Origin: a virus
DNA: 64,000 bases
Strand: one strand, 5' to 3'
Virus record (IMG/VR): IMGVR_UViG_3300011116_001125
Location: 11,637-75,636 of that record
Shown piece after piece: positions 29,787 through 36,442 of this stretch (within the stretch, counting starts at the first letter, position 1; each line of letters opens with the position of its first letter). Both the position numbers and the translations under genes were made by a program. The notes under the pieces are model-generated. The model ran no database searches. It was given only the letters and a program-made list of their open reading frames with translations, and was not told where the DNA came from.

Positions 29787-30035
29787 ATGGACATAGTTGA
29801 GCGGTTGCGCCTTGATCGTCCGTGTATATCGGATGTTGATTGTTGCGGAGATATTTGCATCGAAGCCGCCGACGAGATTGAACGGTTGCGGGAGGCGATG
29901 GTTGAAATCGTTTATCTTATTGGTGACCGTGACCGCCGTCAAGAAGTTATGGATATTGCCAAGCCCTACGCGATTCAACAACTCGCATTAAAAGGCAATA
30001 AACCCCACGTTTATCTTTTAGATGAAGAAGCCTGA
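29787..30035 (+). CDS. Small phage protein, DIV.RLR / EAADEIERLR family
   Basis: MDIVERLR...CIEAADEIERLR. Confidence 0.65.
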   Translation: MDIVERLRLDRPCISDVDCCGDICIEAADEIERLREAMVEIVYLIGDRDRRQEVMDIAKPYAIQQLALKGNKPHVYLLDEEA

Positions 30036-30045
30036 CAAAGGCCAG

Positions 30046-30110
30046 TTGTCAATAACCTATCTGGCATTACTGTATGTGTATGGCAACTTGTAGAAAGGAG
30101 TTACGCCATG
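30046..30110 (+). promoter_or_regulatory. Promoter TTGTCA-N16-TACTGT plus AGAAAG-loop hairpin
   Basis: ATGGC-AACTT-GTAGAAAG-GAGTT-(AC)-GCCAT includes the start codon. Confidence 0.7.
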
Positions 30111-30353
30111 ACCGAACAAGAATTTGCTATTCATTACCGCGTGCTCAAGGCCCACATGGCCGATATGACTGATTGGTTTCAGGAAGAAATACGCGATGTT
30201 TTGTATTGCCTGAAGCAGGATGTGCATAAGTATCACCAAGGCGGCAAAGAGCCTGATTGGCAAGACTACGCCGATAGCATCAACGAAATTTTGCGTGAGG
30301 ATGGTATGCCTGCGTTGTTCGCAAGCGTTAACGAAGAGGTGTACGATGACTGA
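30108..30353 (+). CDS. Small acidic hypothetical protein
   Basis: Strong RBS and own promoter. Confidence 0.65.
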   Translation: MTEQEFAIHYRVLKAHMADMTDWFQEEIRDVLYCLKQDVHKYHQGGKEPDWQDYADSINEILREDGMPALFASVNEEVYDD

Positions 30354-30587
30354 GTACACATTGATGATACGTAGCCAACCCCTTATCTACGTTCCAGGAT
30401 TTTTTGCATGGGTGGAAAACGCCATCCGCACAGATATGCAGGAGGCAAAAATAAATGACTTTCTCGACGCTCTTGGAATACCTACCCATCTATGGGAAAA
30501 GGTTAAAGCAGGCAAATATGAAAAAAGCACCGAAGGTGAAGATTTGGTCTTGGTATTCAAAAACCACTCTAGCGAGGATTAAGTAAC

Positions 30588-30917
30588 ATGGACTTTGGTG
30601 AGCAGTTCGATGAACACTTTGCAAAATTGCAAATTAAGGAAATTCCGTATGGTGGTTTGACGCTACGCCCACCGATGCACTGCACGGATGGCAGTACGTT
30701 CAGCATACAGGCTTCTGCTGTGCATTACTGCTCACCAAAGAACAACACTGGCCCCTATACTCACTACGAAGTTGGATTTCCACAAGACGCCAAAGGTGAT
30801 GCTTTACAGGAGCCGTTGTTAGCTGAGTATGGTGACTACCCCGTATACGGATATGTGCCAAAAGAGGTTATTATTCAAATACTTGAAAATCACGGAGGAC
30901 TGACCAATGCCCATTGA
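30588..30917 (+). CDS. Hypothetical phage protein
   Basis: CTDGSTFSIQAS..HYCSP...YEVGFP...VYGYVP pattern. Confidence 0.65.
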   Translation: MDFGEQFDEHFAKLQIKEIPYGGLTLRPPMHCTDGSTFSIQASAVHYCSPKNNTGPYTHYEVGFPQDAKGDALQEPLLAEYGDYPVYGYVPKEVIIQILENHGGLTNAH

Positions 30918-31119
30918 AATACACCACCTACGAGCCAGTTTGCTGACCACAAATGGCTGTGAAATGCACGCTCGTTTTATGCCCAATGACCTTGAACTTT
31001 GCCTACGCGGCGACTTCAATTTTACGTGGTCTTACGGCGTAGAGGATATCGAAGAAACGATTGAGTTTTTGTTGCACATGAAAAGTTTATTGCAAACGCG
31101 CAAGCAGAAGGAGGCTTAA

Positions 31120-31413
31120 ATGGGAGCGCAGGAGTTTGTAGTATCGCGTAAAAAAGCAGGTCAAACCGCCAGTGAGGCGTTTAGTGACGCCCGTGCCGGA
31201 GCTTTGTACGATTACGGGCACCGAGGCTATACAGGCACGATAGCTGAAAAAGCAGCTTTTAAGATGTTACCAGTGGTAGAAGGCAAAACCGCTGAAGAGA
31301 GTGCTTGGCACTACTTGGATGAGGACCACCCCGCCATACGCGATAAATGGGGTCCGGCGGGATGTATTGAGGCCGAGGATAAGTACGTGTTCTTTGGGTG
31401 GGCCTCGGCGTAG
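31120..31413 (+). CDS. Hypothetical phage protein
   Basis: AAGGAGG RBS; YGHRGYTGTIAEK...DKWGPAGC...FFGWAS. Confidence 0.65.
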   Translation: MGAQEFVVSRKKAGQTASEAFSDARAGALYDYGHRGYTGTIAEKAAFKMLPVVEGKTAEESAWHYLDEDHPAIRDKWGPAGCIEAEDKYVFFGWASA

Positions 31414-31477
31414 TTGTCTTAACCTGCTCATGTTTTACTGTTAAACTATGGCTACTAGCAGAAAGGAGTGCGCCATA
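31414..31477 (+). promoter_or_regulatory. Promoter TTGTCT-N16-TACTGT plus AGAAAG-loop hairpin
   Basis: TATGGC-TACTA-GCAGAAAG-GAGTG-C-GCCATA. Confidence 0.7.
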
Positions 31478-31932
31478 TGACTATTTATCCACAGACCCAA
31501 CAAGAAGTCTTTGATACTGTTGCTACCCATCTTTTCAAGCAGGGGATGCAAAGCCGTGGTAACGATGGTTGTGCGTATCGCGCCATTGCAAACATCAACA
31601 ACCAAGAAGTTGTGCTCAAATGCGCGGTCGGTGCGCTTATACCCGACCATCTGTATACCGAAAGCATGGAAGGTGAGAGCGTCCATGGCTTGCTCAGTAG
31701 TTTTGATAAAAGCACAGATGTGCCTACCGAGGCTGAGCAAGAGCTCTACGAGTTTCTAGCCGACCATGAAGATCTGCTTACTGCTTTGCAAGAAGCTCAC
31801 GACCACAAAATGGAGCATAGTTTAGGCGTCAATGACCATAGTTTCCTTGCAACCATGTTAGCCATCGCGCACCGCTTCGGCCTTAATGAAATCGCCTTAC
31901 GTGCGGCGCATCAGGCTTATATCAAAGGGTAG
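31477..31932 (+). CDS. Hypothetical protein, paralog A (C.YR...KCAVG..IPD family)
   Basis: ATG 31477; paralogous to 31995-32432. Confidence 0.7.
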   Translation: MTIYPQTQQEVFDTVATHLFKQGMQSRGNDGCAYRAIANINNQEVVLKCAVGALIPDHLYTESMEGESVHGLLSSFDKSTDVPTEAEQELYEFLADHEDLLTALQEAHDHKMEHSLGVNDHSFLATMLAIAHRFGLNEIALRAAHQAYIKG

Positions 31933-31934
31933 GG

Positions 31935-31997
31935 TTGTCACTATTAAGTCCTACCTTACACTGTAGTTATGGCACTTGTAGAAAGGAGTTAGCCATG
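31935..31997 (+). promoter_or_regulatory. Promoter TTGTCA-N16-TACACT plus AGAAAG-loop hairpin
   Basis: ATGGC-ACTT-GTAGAAAG-GAGT-TA-GCCAT. Confidence 0.7.
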
Positions 31998-32432
31998 AAC
32001 ACACAGCAAGTATTCAACCGAGTTGTCACACATCTTTATACGCAAAAGCGTCGTAGCTATGGCGATCTGCCTGAAAGCGAAAATGTTGGTTATAACGGGT
32101 GTCTGTACCGTGGGCCAGATAACACGAAATGTGCTGTCGGCATTTTTATTCCTGACCAAAACTACACTACCGAAATGGAGGGTAAGGGTGCCACCGAGCT
32201 CTTTGAAACGTTTGGCGATAGATTGCCCAAGTACCTCGCTAACAGTGTTCCTTTGTTAGAAAGTTTGCAACAAGTTCATGACAACATGGCCGACCTTGAA
32301 GATGCGTATCACGGAACTGTGAATTATGGTGCGCGTAACCAACTTATGAGTAGTCTTTTGCATGTATGCAGAATGTACGATCTTGACGATGAAGTTGTAT
32401 GGAAACACCATCACCAAAAACAGGAGGCATGA
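31995..32432 (+). CDS. Hypothetical protein, paralog B
   Basis: ATG 31995; TQQVF..V.THL..Q, GCLYRG, KCAVG.FIPD..Y..EMEG, LQQVHD. Confidence 0.7.
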   Translation: MNTQQVFNRVVTHLYTQKRRSYGDLPESENVGYNGCLYRGPDNTKCAVGIFIPDQNYTTEMEGKGATELFETFGDRLPKYLANSVPLLESLQQVHDNMADLEDAYHGTVNYGARNQLMSSLLHVCRMYDLDDEVVWKHHHQKQEA

Positions 32433-32840
32433 ATGGGTTTAGATATGTACGCATGGTCAGTGTTGAACGTTGAAATCCCCGCCGATATGCAGGTAGACCC
32501 CACCGAAGAACAGATGGAGTTATGGCATGAGGATGGCGGTATGCAAGAAATCTGGTATTGGCGCAAACACCACGACCTCCACGGTTGGATGGAAAAGTTG
32601 TACAGAGAAAAAGGCGGCAAAGACCCTAATTTCAACTGCAACTATGTACGCCTCACCGAAGAAGACCTAAAACGGCTAGAGGAGGATTTGTTAAAGGATA
32701 AGTTGCCACCGACCAAGGGGTTCTTTTTTGGCAACAATCCGCCCAACGCCGAAAGTATCGAAGACGACAAGCGGTTCCTGCAACGGGCACGCGAAGAACT
32801 AAGCCACGGGCACGCCGTGTTCTACAGCAGTTGGTGGTAG
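32433..32840 (+). CDS. Conserved phage protein (MGLDMY...YWRKH..LHGWM...YSSWW)
   Basis: Recognisable phage hypothetical-protein pattern; GGAGG RBS. Confidence 0.7.
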   Translation: MGLDMYAWSVLNVEIPADMQVDPTEEQMELWHEDGGMQEIWYWRKHHDLHGWMEKLYREKGGKDPNFNCNYVRLTEEDLKRLEEDLLKDKLPPTKGFFFGNNPPNAESIEDDKRFLQRAREELSHGHAVFYSSWW

Positions 32841-32946
32841 GATTAAATCAGAGGCGCTCAGAGGCTTTTGTTTGTGGTGGCGGGTAGGGTACCCAAGGCC
32901 CATGGACAATGGCCTCTGAGGGGCTTTATTTTAACAGGAGGTACGC

Positions 32947-33549
32947 GTGAGTAATGGTAACGTCTTTATTGACATTTACAAAAACAATCGTTGGGAAGAC
33001 GGCGGCTCGGGTATCGGGTCGGCGGTGACGTATAGCCGTAAGTACATTGATTACGTCAAACCCCTGATAAAAGGGAAAAAGGTACTCGACCTCGGGTGCG
33101 GCGATTTTAGAATTGGTGCAGAGTTGCATGCAGAGGCCGCTGAATACGTAGCCGTAGACGTAGTGAGTGGGTTGTTCACTGTTCCTGACGAAGTAAAATT
33201 CATTGTGGCAGATTTTTCTGCGCAGGGGGTTATCGGGCAAGTGTTCATGGCCCATGGACCTTTTGATGTTGTTTTGTTGAAAGACGTGCTGATGCACTGG
33301 TCCGACGAAGAGATCAAACCCTTCGCACAGGAGCTCGCCACTCTGCCTTGGAAAACGCTACTTGTGGCGAACAAGTACAAATACGTCCGCAAGCCGGAGT
33401 ACAACGGTCGCCCACGCAACCCCAGAGCAAACAAGTATAGCATGAGTCCATTACCCTGCGACCACGAAAGCCTTGCCGCACTCCAGCTGAAACCCGTGCT
33501 CTACTACCCATCCGTATCGTGCGTACAACTCGCGCGGCAGGATAAATAG
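32947..33549 (+). CDS. Class I SAM-dependent methyltransferase
   Basis: GSGIGS, VLDLGCGDF, VAVDV, DVVLLKDVLMHW. Confidence 0.8.
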   Translation: MSNGNVFIDIYKNNRWEDGGSGIGSAVTYSRKYIDYVKPLIKGKKVLDLGCGDFRIGAELHAEAAEYVAVDVVSGLFTVPDEVKFIVADFSAQGVIGQVFMAHGPFDVVLLKDVLMHWSDEEIKPFAQELATLPWKTLLVANKYKYVRKPEYNGRPRNPRANKYSMSPLPCDHESLAALQLKPVLYYPSVSCVQLARQDK

Positions 33550-33553
33550 GGGG

Positions 33554-33618
33554 TTGTCCATTAACCATCTGGCAATACAGTGTGTGTATTGGCAAGCCAC
33601 AGAAAGGGCAGAGCAATG
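33554..33618 (+). promoter_or_regulatory. Promoter TTGTCC-N16-TACAGT plus AGAAAG-loop hairpin
   Basis: Near-copy of the 30046 promoter; GCC-ACAGAAAG-GGC at 33596-33609. Confidence 0.7.
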
Positions 33619-33900
33619 GACTTACTAGCTGACATTTGGGTTATCTACATCACGTATGCGCCATGGGTATTCATCATCGGGGCCGCCATGCTGATTACTT
33701 GGGTAACGGAGTGGTGAAATGGTTACCTATCATCGCGAAGCCGACGGTGTGTATACGGTCACCAAACACGGGGCCGTCTACGCTTGGGTGAACTACAGCC
33801 GACCACGGAAGCAATGGCGGCTTGTGACGGTTAAGGGGCGGCTGACCTTTTACCTTTCGCTAACAGGGGCAATTCAGGCCGTTGAAAGGGCCGATGTATA

Positions 33901-34197
33901 GTTTTCCTTATAGGGTCTTAATGATATTAGAGTAAGTTATTGAAAAACAATAAGATAAAATTATAGGGATGGCAAAGGACGTTTTTTGGTTTGTGTTTTA
34001 TCGTCCATTTTCCAGTATCTGAGTATCTTTGTTTAGTTTCAATGGGTTAGTCCAGTATCTATATCATATCTCATTTATCAGGTTTCATTGTCTGTTATTT
34101 AGTCAGTTTTAGTTCACTTTTTCGCCCCCCGCGCGCGCGTACCCCTCTTCTTCAAAATTTTTTTCATAACCCCTACCCCCCCCCTATTAAGAAAAGT
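33901..34197. other. Putative replication origin / primase site B
   Basis: AT-rich non-coding region; CCAGTATCT repeats; inverted copy of the 12546-12571 26-mer; CCTATTAAGAAAAGT matches 12647-12661 at 14/15. Confidence 0.45.
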
Positions 34198-34262
34198 CCG
34201 AAGCAGGGTTGTCTTTGGTCGGCGGGAGCGCCATTGTAGGCGCACATCGTCGGAGAAAGCGG

Positions 34263-34898
34263 ATGCCAAAAGGCCAATACGATCGTAAATTAGCGAAGGC
34301 TCGTCACGGTAAACCTCTTGCGGCTATGCCCTACGACCACATCGATGTTCAACGGATTAAGCCCGTAGTTAACCCTCTACATGAAAAGGGCTTGACACAA
34401 AGGCAGGAAAAGTTCTGCAAGCTCTACGCTACCGAAAACTACACGGTGAGCGAATGCGTGGTGATGGCAGGGTATAGCACCGACCAGAACGCCGTATGGT
34501 CTATGGGAAGCAAACTGCTCAACGGGCGGGACTACCCGAATGTGGTGGCCCGTATCCGTGAGCTCAAGCAGGAGATGGCGGGTAAGTACGAGGTAAACTT
34601 TGATAACCACGTAAGGAGGCTAGCGGAGATCCGAGACGCCGCTGTGGCTACGGGCAACTATGCCGCCGCTGTAACTGCTGAAAAGGCTCGAGGACAAGCT
34701 GCGGGGCTCTACGTAACGAGGCAGGAAATTCTCGTTGGCAAAATAGATCAGATGTCCAAGGAAGAGCTTATTGAAGAGATAGCCAAGCTGAACAAAGAAT
34801 ATCCCGCATTGATAGAGCTCAGCGCTAACCCCGTATTGGAACTCACTGCAAATGACGCCAGAAGCAAGGTTGTGGAACCTAGTAAAAGAAAAGACTGA
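34263..34898 (+). CDS. Terminase small subunit (likely ATG 34263)
   Basis: LTQRQEKFC..Y...AGYS HTH; NYAAAVTAEKARGQAAGLY; upstream TTGTCT-N17-CATTGT and GGAGAAAG RBS. Confidence 0.8.
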   Translation: MPKGQYDRKLAKARHGKPLAAMPYDHIDVQRIKPVVNPLHEKGLTQRQEKFCKLYATENYTVSECVVMAGYSTDQNAVWSMGSKLLNGRDYPNVVARIRELKQEMAGKYEVNFDNHVRRLAEIRDAAVATGNYAAAVTAEKARGQAAGLYVTRQEILVGKIDQMSKEELIEEIAKLNKEYPALIELSANPVLELTANDARSKVVEPSKRKD

Positions 34899-35268
34899 AC
34901 GGCTTGTTGAATGGACAAGGATTGAGGCGCGTGTTGGGGCAGGAATACCCGACTTAAACGGGGTTCTTTGCATAGATGCAAGCAAAGAGGTCTGGTTGGA
35001 GCTTAAGGTTTGCAAGACAAAACGCTTCTCAGTTAAAAACCTCTGGCGTCCTGCCCAAATTGCTTGGCAGACAAAGCGTAGCCGCAGACTAAGTAATGTT
35101 TTCAACTTGGTCAGCCATCCGTCCGGAGGGGTTTTTTATATTTATTCAGCCGCCAAACTGCAGAAATTAGTGGAGGAAGGTCCGTTGTCCGTGGTCCCAG
35201 ACCTGACGATGCACGGTAAAATTGACGTGGCGATGATGCTTGATTATATACAATCCGTGGCCGATTGA
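34852..35268 (+). CDS. PD-(D/E)XK nuclease / Holliday-junction resolvase
   Basis: TRIE...GIPDLNG...WLELK...RPAQIAW. Confidence 0.75.
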   Translation: MTPEARLWNLVKEKTERLVEWTRIEARVGAGIPDLNGVLCIDASKEVWLELKVCKTKRFSVKNLWRPAQIAWQTKRSRRLSNVFNLVSHPSGGVFYIYSAAKLQKLVEEGPLSVVPDLTMHGKIDVAMMLDYIQSVAD

Positions 35269-35273
35269 CCAAG

Positions 35274-35338
35274 AACATTCGAATAATCCGCTATCGCCTG
35301 ATGAGAAACATTCGAAAAAACCGCTATCCACTGATGAG
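35274..35338 (+). repeat. Two-copy tandem repeat, 33-bp period
   Basis: AACATTCGAATAATCCGCTATCGCCTGATGAG / AACATTCGAAAAAACCGCTATCCACTGATGAG. Confidence 0.85.
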
Positions 35339-35515
35339 TGGCTCTTCGCGCACGGTCATCGTCGCATCTTCCTCTGCTCATGTATCATGGTCCTCGTCTG
35401 ATCGGATCGTCGTCTCGTCTTACTTTTCGTCAGGTGATCTTACTCATCGGCAGGTCGTCTGACCAGGTCTCTTGAGCTATGCACCAGACGCAGGTCAGCT
35501 ATGCGTTTTTGTGGA

Positions 35516-35593
35516 TGGTCTTTTGGCTGTCTGGTCCTAGAATGGTTTCCATGGTTGAGCAATGGTGCTTCGCCATAGACCACAGAAAGGGTC
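35516..35593 (+). promoter_or_regulatory. Promoter TGGTCT-N16-TAGAAT plus AGAAAG-loop hairpin
   Basis: GACC-ACAGAAAG-GGTC at 35578-35593. Confidence 0.65.
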
Positions 35594-35599
35594 AACGTC

Positions 35600-36103
35600 A
35601 TGCTTAATACTCAAAACACAACAAAGTCCTCCAAGGGTGTCAGCCTCGCAAAGTCAGCCAAAGCGCCAGTCGTTGCCAAAGAAACTGTTCCTGTCGTGTC
35701 ACCTGCTCAGGCATTTGACCTCAGCAATGGTCACCCATTCACCAAAGCGTCGCTCGTCGCATGGTGTAATGCGAACGTCGGTGGATGGTCCATGGCGAAC
35801 TTGGACAAGGTCAAGGTCACCGTTCTGCCGACCGTGAACACTTCGGGCAATCCGGACCTCTACAAGGGTCACAAGCTCCCGTTCGGTTATGGCAAGCTCG
35901 GCGGTTCCCGAGCATTTTATCAGGACGCTCTGCTCGCCGCTCCTACGCTCGGCGCGTTCATCAAAGCGGTCGCAGGCAAGCAAAAGGGATACAACGAGTT
36001 CTCCACGCCGCACACTGTCATCGCTCTGCTCAATGGCGGGTACGGTCCGCTCTGTCGGGCAGGATACTTCGGCACCCCGTTCATCAGCCTCAGCGTCGCG
36101 TAA
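35600..36103 (+). CDS. Hypothetical protein in a stand-alone transcription unit
   Basis: 167 aa; own promoter, RBS hairpin and terminator; C-ending codons unlike the rest of the genome. Confidence 0.7.
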   Translation: MLNTQNTTKSSKGVSLAKSAKAPVVAKETVPVVSPAQAFDLSNGHPFTKASLVAWCNANVGGWSMANLDKVKVTVLPTVNTSGNPDLYKGHKLPFGYGKLGGSRAFYQDALLAAPTLGAFIKAVAGKQKGYNEFSTPHTVIALLNGGYGPLCRAGYFGTPFISLSVA

Positions 36104-36129
36104 TTACCGCATCGCACAATAAGTTCGTC

Positions 36130-36161
36130 GGCCCGTGTTGCAATGCAACACGGGTCTTTTT
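36130..36161 (+). terminator. Rho-independent terminator
   Basis: GGCCCGTGTTGC-AAT-GCAACACGGGTC-TTTTT. Confidence 0.85.
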
Positions 36162-36442
36162 GCGTCGCACCATGTTCGTCCGCGCGTCGTCCGCTGACGT
36201 TACGTAACTCTAGGTACCCTTGGTCCGCGCATCAAGATCAATCGTCCGACGAAGATCGCGACCCCCCCTTTTTAGGCCCCGCGTTTGCCACAACACCTAA
36301 AACCAGATTTTTCACAGTTCAATAGCAAAATTCAAAATTTATGACCCCCTAAATGAGAAAAGGGTCTTAAGGTACCCCGATTGCCGTATCGATATATATT
36401 TGTTAATGATCAGTGATCCATGGTTCGCGGACGAAAGGCCCC

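Noticed and set aside
35298-35325. Hammerhead-ribozyme-like core CTGATGA-GAA-ACA-TTC-GAAA within the 33-bp tandem repeat
   Set aside because: I could not find complementary stems I and III with a properly placed NUH cleavage triplet; the match probably arises from the repeat junction. An Infernal search would settle it.
35274-35338. Possible CRISPR mini-array
   Set aside because: Only two adjacent copies, no spacers and no cas genes.
35265-35462. 65-aa ORF across the repeat/TC-rich patch
   Set aside because: TTG start, no RBS, and Ser/Arg/Val composition simply reflects the DNA repeats.
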